A DNA stretch of 26,787 nt. Origin: Candidatus Omnitrophota bacterium (GTDB taxonomy: Bacteria > Omnitrophota > Gorgyraeia > 2-01-FULL-45-10). The notes beneath the pieces were generated by a model. That model saw only the letters and a list, made by a program, of their open reading frames with translations. It did not search any database and had not been told where the DNA came from. This document shows positions 9,044-17,328 of the stretch, in pieces. A program made the translations under genes and the position numbers. The stretch spans positions 1 to 26,787 of the forward strand of contig JAPLMH010000155.1 in assembly GCA_026387135.1 (NCBI GenBank), written 5' to 3'. Each line of letters begins with the position of its first letter. Position 1 is the first letter of the stretch.

Positions 9044-9880
9044 ATGGCCCAGATACTTGATATAAAAGAGCTGAAGAAGAAAGCGGTCGGAATCCGTAAG
9101 GATGTCCTGAAGATGCTCACTATGGCCGGGTCCGGACACACCGGCGGAAGCCTGTCGATAGTCGAAATATTGATTGTGCTTTACTACCGCGAAATGCGAA
9201 ATGACCCGAAGGCCCCGAAATGGCCCGGACGGGACAGGTTCCTGCTTTCCAAAGGGCACGCGTGTCCGGCGCTGTATGCCGTACTGGCAGAAAAAGGATA
9301 TTTTAATAAAGAGGATCTCTGGGGTTTGAGAAAACTTGGAAGCAAACTACAGGGCCATCCCCAGATAGGGCTTGCCGGAATAGAGATATCGAGCGGTTCT
9401 CTCGGACAGGGGCTCTCCATAGCCAACGGCATGGCTCTTGCAGCGCGTCTTGATAAATCGGATACAAGGATATATTGCCTTATGGGCGACGGAGAGACGA
9501 ACGAGGGCCAGGTGTGGGAGGCCGCCATGACAGCGTCCCATTATAAACTGGACAGTCTATGCGCAATAATAGATTACAATAAGCTTCAGATAGACGGATT
9601 CTGCTGTGAAGTCAAAGATATGGGCGCATATCTCGATAAGTGGAAGGACTTCGGCTGGAACGTCATAGAGACGGACGGCCATGACATAGAGAAGCTTATA
9701 AATGCATTCGATAAGGCCAAGACCGTTAAAGGAATACCGACGGTGATAGTCGCCCATACCATAAAGGGCAAGGGCGTCTCATTCGTAGAGAATAAAGTAG
9801 AGTGGCATGGCATAGCGCCCAAAAAAGAAGAGTACGAAAAGGCCGTGAAGGAACTGGACGAAGAGCTGAAAAAAATATAG
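9044..9880 (+). CDS. Transketolase, N-terminal (TPP-binding) subunit
   Basis: SGHTGGSLS, DRFLLSKGHACP, LQGHP, GSLGQGLS, GDGETNEGQVWEA (TPP motif), DGHD, HTIKGKG and WHG. Confidence 0.95.
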   Translation: MAQILDIKELKKKAVGIRKDVLKMLTMAGSGHTGGSLSIVEILIVLYYREMRNDPKAPKWPGRDRFLLSKGHACPALYAVLAEKGYFNKEDLWGLRKLGSKLQGHPQIGLAGIEISSGSLGQGLSIANGMALAARLDKSDTRIYCLMGDGETNEGQVWEAAMTASHYKLDSLCAIIDYNKLQIDGFCCEVKDMGAYLDKWKDFGWNVIETDGHDIEKLINAFDKAKTVKGIPTVIVAHTIKGKGVSFVENKVEWHGIAPKKEEYEKAVKELDEELKKI

Positions 9881-9890
9881 GGAGATGACG

Positions 9891-11537
9891 ATGATACCGC
9901 GAAAATGGAAGATGTATGTAAAGATGTATTGGGTGAAGCTGGCGATCATAGCAGCTGTGTTGCTGGTAGTGGTGCTGGCTGTAGTTGGACTCAATTCATT
10001 GGAGTCGTATTACAGGAATATCACTCTCGCTACGATGCCCGTGAATCTCCTGATGGTCGCGTTGAACGCTGTGATATTTGTCTTCATGTATATGTCGTTC
10101 ATGAAGGGTGGATTCTCAAAGCTGAGCAATAAGCTCAGGATCCACGGCGACATGGTCAATGTCAAGTGGTCCGATGTTATAGGCATGGAGAATATCAAAG
10201 AAGAGGCGATGGAAGTTGTTCAATTGATAAAAGACAGAGTGCGCGTTAAGAAGATAGGCGGTAAGATACTGCGCGGAATATTGATGTTCGGGCCTCCGGG
10301 CTGCGGTAAGACATACCTGGCAAAGGCCATAGCTACCGAGGCCGGGATGCCTTTTGTTTCGATGTCGGGCAGCGAATTCGTGGAGATATTTGTAGGAGTC
10401 GGGGCGGCTCGCGTAAGAGGGCTATTTAAAAAAGCTAGAGAGCTCGCGTACGGCCACGGCGGATGCATAATATTCATAGATGAGCTCGACGCCATCGCCC
10501 GCAAGAGAGTATTCTCTGCATTCGGTGGCACCGAAGAGACGAACTCCACGCAGAACCAGCTCCTGGCGGAGATGGATGGGCTTCAGGAATTAAAAGATAA
10601 GCGTGGCGAGCCTTCTCCGGAACAGAACATCATAGTTATCGGGGCGACGAACGCGCCTGAGGACACTATAGATAGAGCGTTGCGCCGTCCGGGCCGTTTT
10701 GACAGGATCGTCTACATAGAGAAACCCGGCCTCGAAGACAGGGAGAAACTCTTTGCCTACTATCTCAATAAGGTCGAATCCGATAAGACGCTCGACATAG
10801 GACGCCTCGCGAGACAGGCGGTAGGCAGATCGCCCGCCGACATAGAGAATATAATAAAAGAAGCCGCTTTAGTAGCTACAAAGAACGGCCGCGACAAGGT
10901 TACGCTCGAAGATATAAGCGAGGCGATGGAGAGGATAGATATCGGATTGAAGAGAAGGATCACGATGACGCCGCATGACAGAGAGGTGACCGCCTGTCAT
11001 GAGGCCGGACACGCCGTGGTGCTCTATATATTACATCCGACCGATGACGTCTTTAAGATATCGATTATACCGAGAAAAGACACTTATGGCGTAGTCTGGC
11101 ATCAGCCCAAAGAGGAACTTTATCATGAGACCAAAGATAAGATACTGGCCGATATAATGGCGTCTTTGGCCGGTTATGCGGCAGAGAAGATGCGGTTTAA
11201 TATGACGTCCAGCGGGTGCTCGGTGGATTTTCAACAAGCGATGTGGAAAGCGCACTTTATGGTATGGAAGGTTGGAATGAGCGATGCCGGACTACTGGGC
11301 GATTATACGGTCATTCCGGAATCTCAGCTCTCTGAAGAAGTAAAAGAAAAATTGAATCAGGAGACGCAGAAGATAATCCAGAGATGCCTGAAATCGGTCG
11401 AGGAGCTTTTACTGAAGGAGAAGCCGATCCTTGAGAGGCTCATAAAAGAGCTTTTGGCCAAGGAGGAGCTGGAGTACGATGAAGTGGAAGCGATCTTCAA
11501 CGAATTCGGCAAGACGCACATAAAGAGCGCATGGTAG
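9891..11537 (+). CDS. FtsH-like membrane AAA+ ATPase/Zn metalloprotease (M41)
   Basis: Two N-terminal hydrophobic helices, Walker A GPPGCGKT, pore motif GSEFVEIFVGVG, Walker B IIFIDE, SRH (ATN...RRPGRFDR), HEAGH, LAGYAAE and GCSVD. ATG 9891 fits the GGGAG RBS better than 9885. Confidence 0.9.
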   Translation: MIPRKWKMYVKMYWVKLAIIAAVLLVVVLAVVGLNSLESYYRNITLATMPVNLLMVALNAVIFVFMYMSFMKGGFSKLSNKLRIHGDMVNVKWSDVIGMENIKEEAMEVVQLIKDRVRVKKIGGKILRGILMFGPPGCGKTYLAKAIATEAGMPFVSMSGSEFVEIFVGVGAARVRGLFKKARELAYGHGGCIIFIDELDAIARKRVFSAFGGTEETNSTQNQLLAEMDGLQELKDKRGEPSPEQNIIVIGATNAPEDTIDRALRRPGRFDRIVYIEKPGLEDREKLFAYYLNKVESDKTLDIGRLARQAVGRSPADIENIIKEAALVATKNGRDKVTLEDISEAMERIDIGLKRRITMTPHDREVTACHEAGHAVVLYILHPTDDVFKISIIPRKDTYGVVWHQPKEELYHETKDKILADIMASLAGYAAEKMRFNMTSSGCSVDFQQAMWKAHFMVWKVGMSDAGLLGDYTVIPESQLSEEVKEKLNQETQKIIQRCLKSVEELLLKEKPILERLIKELLAKEELEYDEVEAIFNEFGKTHIKSAW

Positions 11538-11539
11538 TG

Positions 11540-12538
11540 ATGTCACCACGTCACAAGTCACAAGTCAGAATGCTTATTTTGCCTGTGTCTTGTGTCTTGT
11601 GTCTTGTGTCTTTGATCGGATGCACCGCGACTTATCCGCAGGACAGGATCAAGGAATCGATAATAAAGATCTGTAAAGAGGAGTATAAGTCTGACGTTTT
11701 AGTCGAGACGTCAGGCAGGACGATGGTGATATATCTCCCCCTTTCGGATCTCATGGATTACTCATTCGCTCTTTCCAAGACGGCGAGCGATAAGATCAAC
11801 GACGTCATATTCTCGGCCGCCAGGGTCGCTCTGTCGACGGACGCCAAGATAGATTTCTACTGTGTCATAGCGCACGACGTCAAGATGCCGGAGCTCCAGA
11901 TAATCATCATAAAGAGCGTCGAGGACGTGAGGAGGCTCTTTGCAAACGATATCTCGAGAGGCGAGTATATGAAGCGCATGCTGATAGACCTGCGTTGGAG
12001 CCCGCAGGCCAAGAAGGAGCAGGTGGTAAAAGAGATCTTCAGCAAGATGAACCTCGATCCAAAATGGCAGGACCAGGTGATGGCGGACTTTTTCAGGAGC
12101 GAGCCGACATCGCTCGGGGATATAGGATACTGGGGCAACAAGTTTTACATAAAGGACATAACGCTTGCCGAATTCCTCGCGGAGCAGATAGCGAACAGGG
12201 TCAAGCTGGAGTTCAGGGAAGATAAAGATCTGAAAGAGAACTTTTTACTCAAGGCCGTTAAAGGTGTCTATATCTCCAGGAACGGCAAGCATCTTTTCAG
12301 ATTTGAAGTGTACGCCGAACGCAGCGCGTCCGGCACCACCAGCGCCATAGAGGACTCGGATAAGATATTCGGGATGGTCCTTTCGATAGCGGCCCATGTG
12401 ACACACGGATATCATTTTAACGATTACGACGGCGTGGAAGTCTTTGACCAGAAAGAAGGAAGGTCCATAGAGGTAAATTCGCAAGAACTGGAAGCGTTCA
12501 GGACTAAAAAATTAAGACTAAACGAAATAGGTATATAA
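11540..12538 (+). CDS. Hypothetical lipoprotein (about 332 aa), no recognisable family
   Basis: Long open frame with normal codon usage; basic n-region, hydrophobic core, LIGC lipobox (Cys codon 11621-11623). Abuts both neighbours. Start could be 11531, 11537 or 11570. Confidence 0.8.
   Translation: MSPRHKSQVRMLILPVSCVLCLVSLIGCTATYPQDRIKESIIKICKEEYKSDVLVETSGRTMVIYLPLSDLMDYSFALSKTASDKINDVIFSAARVALSTDAKIDFYCVIAHDVKMPELQIIIIKSVEDVRRLFANDISRGEYMKRMLIDLRWSPQAKKEQVVKEIFSKMNLDPKWQDQVMADFFRSEPTSLGDIGYWGNKFYIKDITLAEFLAEQIANRVKLEFREDKDLKENFLLKAVKGVYISRNGKHLFRFEVYAERSASGTTSAIEDSDKIFGMVLSIAAHVTHGYHFNDYDGVEVFDQKEGRSIEVNSQELEAFRTKKLRLNEIGI
11542..11611. repeat. Two inverted heptamer arrays (GTCACAA x~2.6 plus a degenerate copy; TGTGTCT x4)
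   Basis: GTCACCAC-GTCACAA-GTCACAA-GTCA at 11542-11567; TGTGTCT x4 at 11584-11611, whose reverse complement is a GACACAA array (one mismatch per unit). Confidence 0.9.
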
Positions 12539-12539
12539 G

Positions 12540-13493
12540 ATGAGCGAGACTAAATACAAGATGATCCCGACGAGAGATGGTTTCGGGCATGGCCTGGTGG
12601 AGCTGGGCAAGGTCAATAAGGACGTGGTGGTGCTCTCCGCCGACCTCACCGAATCTACCAGGGCCAACTGGTTCAAGAAAGAGTTCCCGGACCGTTTCTT
12701 TGGGTTAGGCGTGGCCGAACAGGATATGATAGGCGTGGCCGCCGGATTTGCTCTTATGGGCAAGACCCCTTTTGCCTGTACGTTCGGCGTATTTGCGTCG
12801 GGCCGGGCCTGGGACCAGATAAGAGTATCGGTAGCATATATGAATCTAAATGTGAAGATCGTGGGCACGCACGGCGGGATATCCGTGGGCCCGGATGGTG
12901 CCACCCATCAGGCGCTCGAAGAGATATCGTTGATGAGGATACTGCCCAACATGACAATGATAGTTCCTTGCGATGCGCTCGAAGCGAAGAAGGCGACTAT
13001 TAGTGCGGCCAATCACAAGGGGCCCGTATATATAAGGCTCGGCAGATCCGGAGCTCCGGTCATAACCAAAGAAGAAGACGTCTTTAAGATCGGCAAAGCC
13101 TCGCTTTTGAAAGACGGCAAAGACGTGACTATATTCGCGTGCGGTACTATGGTCTATGAGTCGCTGATGGCCTGCGAAACCTTAAGCAAGGAAGGCATAA
13201 ATGCGCGCCTTATTAATATGCATACGCCAAAGCCTATAGATAAAGATTGTATAATAAAAGCGGCCAAAGAGACGGGCGCAGTAGTTACAGCCGAAGAGCA
13301 TACGATAGCCGGCGGCCTCGGCAGCGCCATTTCGGAAGTCCTGGCCGAGAACTGTCCCGTGCCCATTAAATTTGTAGGCGTGAGAGATAAGTTCGGCCAA
13401 TCCGGAGAGCCGGAAGAGTTATTCGAATACTTTGGCCTCAAGGCGAAGAACATCGTTCAGGCCGCCAAAGACGCGATCGCAATGAAGCGGTAG
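12540..13493 (+). CDS. Transketolase, C-terminal (pyrimidine-binding + C-terminal) subunit
   Basis: TRDGFG, SADLTES, GVAEQDM, GPDGATHQALEEI, GPVYIRLGR, EEH...GGLG and DKFGQSG. Confidence 0.95.
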   Translation: MSETKYKMIPTRDGFGHGLVELGKVNKDVVVLSADLTESTRANWFKKEFPDRFFGLGVAEQDMIGVAAGFALMGKTPFACTFGVFASGRAWDQIRVSVAYMNLNVKIVGTHGGISVGPDGATHQALEEISLMRILPNMTMIVPCDALEAKKATISAANHKGPVYIRLGRSGAPVITKEEDVFKIGKASLLKDGKDVTIFACGTMVYESLMACETLSKEGINARLINMHTPKPIDKDCIIKAAKETGAVVTAEEHTIAGGLGSAISEVLAENCPVPIKFVGVRDKFGQSGEPEELFEYFGLKAKNIVQAAKDAIAMKR

Positions 13494-13502
13494 ATACTCT
13501 TT

Positions 13503-14378
13503 ATGGATAGCATCACTGTTAAAGCTCCTGCGAAAGTAAATTTATTCCTCAAGGTCCTCGGCAAAAGGAAAGACTCCTATCACAATATCCATACCGTATT
13601 TGAGCGGATATCGCTTGCCGATACGATCAAAATATCGAAGATCCCCAAAGGCATAGTCGTCAGGTCCGACAAGCCGATCACGCTTGATGCGAAGGATAAT
13701 CTTTGTTTTAAGGCGGCCGAAGCGGTTTTGAAGCGCGGCAAGATACGATCCGGAGTGAAGATCGAGATAAAGAAGCGCATTCCTGTCGCATCAGGGCTTG
13801 GCGGAGGCAGTTCGGACGCCGCTGCGACCATTATAGGCGTAAATAGACTATTCGGGCTTAAGTTAGAGAACAAAGCCCTGTCTAATATAGGAAGAAGACT
13901 AGGCGCTGATGTGCCCTTCTTCCTGCTCGATACGCCGTTTGCCATAGGCAGGGGCAGGGGCGACGTGCTGGAGGCCATAAGATCCGGGAATAAACTATGG
14001 CACCTCATAGTAAAGGCCGGCAACAAGACCTCTACAAAGGATATTTACCGCGCCTTTGACAGAGCGTCTAAGCACTTGACACCTCGAATGGAGAGTGATA
14101 AAATACGAATCCCTTCGAAGTTACGGATGGACTATGCTCTGGCAGAGTCTATACTCCACAACGACCTCGAAAGAGCGGTTTCTTTGAAAAAAGGCGTTAT
14201 AAGCAGGATATCGAAGAGCTTGGCACAACTATTGTGTAAGAGGATGATCATTTCCGGCAGCGGACCAAGCTTATTTTGCTTGTATAGGACCAGAAGGGAG
14301 GCGATCAGGGCAAGAGACGTTGTTTTAAGAAGTGTTAGCGCTCCATCAAGGACGGGCTGGCAGATATTTGTAGCTTAA
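13503..14378 (+). CDS. ispE: 4-(cytidine 5'-diphospho)-2-C-methyl-D-erythritol kinase
   Basis: APAKVNLFL, YH, K.IPVASGLGGGSSDAA (GHMP ATP loop), GADVPFF, NDLE and SGSGPS. Confidence 0.95.
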   Translation: MDSITVKAPAKVNLFLKVLGKRKDSYHNIHTVFERISLADTIKISKIPKGIVVRSDKPITLDAKDNLCFKAAEAVLKRGKIRSGVKIEIKKRIPVASGLGGGSSDAAATIIGVNRLFGLKLENKALSNIGRRLGADVPFFLLDTPFAIGRGRGDVLEAIRSGNKLWHLIVKAGNKTSTKDIYRAFDRASKHLTPRMESDKIRIPSKLRMDYALAESILHNDLERAVSLKKGVISRISKSLAQLLCKRMIISGSGPSLFCLYRTRREAIRARDVVLRSVSAPSRTGWQIFVA

Positions 14379-14395
14379 AAAGGAGTTCACAAGGC

Positions 14396-14863
14396 ATGGA
14401 AATCAACGAAGTCAGAGTTTTCTTGAAGGAAGGACAGGACAGGAAATTAAAAGCGTACGCTACCCTTACGTTCGATAAGGCATTCGTTGTGCGTAACGTT
14501 AAAGTTATTGAAGGCACCAAGGGGCTCTTCGTGGCGATGCCGTCGAGAAGATTGAAAGAGTCCTGCCCCAAATGTAATTTCAAAAACGCCGTCAGATCTA
14601 AATATTGCAATCAATGCGGTACTCAGCTCCCCCAATACGTTGAACCTAAACCGGTGGCGCAATCCGATAGTCCGCAGAGGCAGTCCGAGCACAGGGACAT
14701 AGCCCATCCGATAACAACCGATTTCAGAGAATATATCCAGAAGAAGGTCCTTGCGGCATACGAAGAAGAGAAGAAGTCACCGTCGGCTCCGGCAGCGGCC
14801 GTGCCAAAGGCCTCCAGCAGTTCTGGAAGCGGCCATTACGAGGATGACGACATAGAGCTGTAA
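14396..14863 (+). CDS. spoVG: SpoVG-family nucleic-acid-binding protein with an inserted Cys4 zinc ribbon and acidic tail
   Basis: MEINEVRV...KLKAYATLTFD..FVVRNVKVIEG..GLFVAMPSR and DIAHPI...FRE.IQ..VL..Y SpoVG core; CPKC...CNQC insert. AAGGAG RBS. Confidence 0.92.
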   Translation: MEINEVRVFLKEGQDRKLKAYATLTFDKAFVVRNVKVIEGTKGLFVAMPSRRLKESCPKCNFKNAVRSKYCNQCGTQLPQYVEPKPVAQSDSPQRQSEHRDIAHPITTDFREYIQKKVLAAYEEEKKSPSAPAAAVPKASSSSGSGHYEDDDIEL

Positions 14864-14876
14864 AGATCACAAACGC

Positions 14877-14950
14877 TGCCCGGTAGTGTAATGGTAGCAC
14901 ACGAGAATTTGGGTCTCGGCGTTAAGGTTCGAATCCTTACCGGGCAACCA
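14877..14950 (+). tRNA. tRNA-Gln (anticodon TTG at 14909-14911), CCA encoded
   Basis: Acceptor TGCCCGG/CCGGGCA (U1-A72), D arm GTGT/GCAC, anticodon stem CGAGA/TCTCG with loop ATTTGGG, T arm TAAGG-TTCGAAT-CCTTA, 3' ACCA. Usual ispE-tRNA-Gln-prs neighbourhood. Confidence 0.93.
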
Positions 14951-14968
14951 TAAACGAAGCATAATATT

Positions 14969-16231
14969 ATGAAAAAGACGATCGCGATAATACTTGCCGC
15001 AGGGCGGGGTACGAGGATGAAGTCCGATACGCCGAAGGTCCTGCACGCCATCCTCGGGAAGCCGATGATATCTTATGTGACGGGCGCGGTATCGCGCGCC
15101 TCCGTGAAAGATATAGTGGTCGTAGCCGGCTTCGGAAGCGATAAAGTAAAGGACCTCTTTAAGGGCACAAAGATCAAGACCGTGGTGCAGAAGAAGCTCT
15201 TGGGCTCAGCCGATGCCGTAGGCGCGGCCAGGAAAAATATCCGATCCAAGTGCGACGTTCTGGTGGTCTACGGCGATACGCCGTTGATAACGGAAGAGAC
15301 TCTAAAGAAGCTCATTGAAAAACATAGGACTTCAACCGCAAGCCTTACACTCCTTACGGCGATATTAAAGGACCCATCCGGATACGGAAGGATAATAAGA
15401 GATACCAAGGGATCGATAATCAAGATAGCCGAGGAGAGCGAGGTCCGTGAATATAAGAAAGAGATCAGGGAGATAAATGTCGGCACGTGCGTATTCACCT
15501 CCGACGATCTGCTTGATGCCCTTAAGAATATAGGGTGCGATAACAGTAAAAGAGAGTACTATCTTACCGATGCGGTCAAGATACTATCCGCGCGGGGAAA
15601 GAGAGTGGAATCTATCGCCGTGGAAAATCTAGACGATATGACAGGCATTAACTCCAGGATCGAACTGGCCGCCGCCACAAGCGTGATGAAGAAGCGGATC
15701 ATGGAAGAGTTGATGGCTTCAGGGGTGACTATACAGGATCCCGCGACGACTACCATATATCCAGATGTCACAATAGGCAAAGATACCGTTATATATCCGA
15801 ACACGATAATAGAGTCCGATGTCAGGATAGGCGAGAATTGTCATATAGGCCCGTTCGCGCGTCTTCGCGTCGGAACCAGACTTGGCGACAGGACTGAAGT
15901 GGGTAATTTTGTGGAGCTCGTCAGGACCCAGGTAGCGGGATCTACCAAGATAAAACATCATACATATCTGGGCGATGCGAAGGTCGGCAAGAACGTCAAT
16001 ATCGGAGCCGGAGTAATAACGGCCAACTATGACGGCAAGAATAAGAACAGGACTTTTATAGGGGACGGCTCTTTCATAGGAGTGGGAGCCATACTTATTG
16101 CCCCGGTCAAGATAGGAAAGAAGGCCCTTGTGGGAGCGGGCTCTGTGATATTAAAAGGACAGAATGTTAAAGATGGCACGACCGTAGTGGGAGTGCCCGC
16201 GAAAATTTTGAAGAGAAGATCAGGCGACTAA
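14969..16231 (+). CDS. glmU: Bifunctional UDP-GlcNAc pyrophosphorylase / GlcN-1-P acetyltransferase
   Basis: [60 protein letters not shown] and NYDG; hexapeptide repeats. Confidence 0.95.
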   Translation: MKKTIAIILAAGRGTRMKSDTPKVLHAILGKPMISYVTGAVSRASVKDIVVVAGFGSDKVKDLFKGTKIKTVVQKKLLGSADAVGAARKNIRSKCDVLVVYGDTPLITEETLKKLIEKHRTSTASLTLLTAILKDPSGYGRIIRDTKGSIIKIAEESEVREYKKEIREINVGTCVFTSDDLLDALKNIGCDNSKREYYLTDAVKILSARGKRVESIAVENLDDMTGINSRIELAAATSVMKKRIMEELMASGVTIQDPATTTIYPDVTIGKDTVIYPNTIIESDVRIGENCHIGPFARLRVGTRLGDRTEVGNFVELVRTQVAGSTKIKHHTYLGDAKVGKNVNIGAGVITANYDGKNKNRTFIGDGSFIGVGAILIAPVKIGKKALVGAGSVILKGQNVKDGTTVVGVPAKILKRRSGD

Positions 16232-16247
16232 TGAAGGGAGCTATGCG

Positions 16248-17189
16248 ATGAAGAACCACCTATTGATCTTTACCGGGAATTCAAATAGACTTTTGGCCGT
16301 AGATATATGCAAACACCTGAAGGTAAAGCTGGGCGGCGCGTCGATAGACCGTTTTTCCGACGGAGAGATACGCGTAAAGATAAACGAAAATGTGCGCGGA
16401 CACGACGTATTTGTCGTACAGTCCACATCGGATCCCGCGAACGAGAACATCATGGAGCTCCTGATAATGATAGACGCCCTTAAGCGTTCGTCGGCCCGGC
16501 GCATAACGGCGGTCCTGCCGTATTTCGGATAAGCGCGCCAGGACAGAAATGATCAGCCGAGAGTTCCGATAACCGCCAAATTGGTAGCGAACTTGTTGAC
16601 GGTAGCCGGCGCCGACAGGGTCCTCACTGTGGACCTGCATGCCGGGCAGATACAGGGATTTTTTGATATACCGCTCGATCACCTCTTTGCCGTAAAGATA
16701 TTTGCCGACTACAGGAAGAGGATGAACCTGAAGGAAGACTTCGTGGTCGTAAGCCCCGACGTCGGAGGCATAAAGACGGCCAGGGCCTACGCAAAAAGAT
16801 TTAAATGCGGACTTGCCATAGTGGATAAGAGACGTATAAATGACAAGACCGCTGAAGTGATGCATATAATGGGTGACGTGAAGGGGAAAGTCGCCGTTAT
16901 AGTGGATGATATGGTAGCCACCGCCGGGTCATTGGTCGAAGCGGTAGACGCCATAAAGAAGGCGGGCGCCCTCGAAGTGTATGCCGCGATCACCCATGCC
17001 GTACTGTGCGGGCCCGCGATCGAGAGGATCTCGAAGTCGCGTTTAAAAGAGCTTGTGGTTACCGATACGATTCCTATCGGTAAGGACAAGATGATAGGTA
17101 AGATAAAAGTTCTCTCTGTGGCGTCGCTATTGGCGGAGGCCATAAAGAGGATACACTGTGAGGAATCTCTCAGCGTGTTGTTTAAATGA
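16248..17189 (+). pseudogene. prs: Ribose-phosphate pyrophosphokinase with an in-frame TAA at 16530-16532 as given
   Basis: [63 protein letters not shown] and VDDMVATAGSL, all in one frame. Confidence 0.9.
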
Positions 17190-17294
17190 GGCCATAACTT
17201 ACGGAATGGAATGACGTAAGTTATAAGGCCGAATTTATCCCGAAAGATACATCTTAAGGTTGTATTCATGACAAATTTAGATTATCTTTCGGGG
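17190..17294 (+). promoter_or_regulatory. Tandem hairpins in the prs-rplY gap; candidate structured leader
   Basis: Hairpin 1: ATAACTTACG (17194-203)/CGTAAGTTAT (17215-224) closed by GGCC/GGCC. Hairpin 2: CCCGAAAGATA (17239-249)/TATCTTTCGGG (17283-293), extended by ATCT/AGAT and TTGT/ACAA. No U tract follows. Confidence 0.55.
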
Positions 17295-17328
17295 AAAGTA
17301 AAACAGTAAATCGAAGGAGTGTATTTGT

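Noticed and set aside
3356-11611. CRISPR array or tandem-repeat locus
   Set aside because: The repeats found are one inverted pair and short heptamer runs; there is no repeat-spacer periodicity and no cas gene.
14877-14968. tRNA-Gln as an integration site
   Set aside because: No duplicated tRNA 3' end, integrase or foreign cargo; glmU starts 18 nt later.
16530-16532. Stop-codon reassignment (TAA read as Tyr)
   Set aside because: TAA ends many genes here at their expected termini (radical SAM, ssb, rpsR, rplI, skp); one isolated case does not support a changed genetic code.
17194-17224. loxP-like recombination site (outer ATAACTT...AAGTTAT identical to loxP ends)
   Set aside because: Only 7 bp per arm match, spacing differs (31 vs 34 bp), and there is no second site or recombinase in the window.
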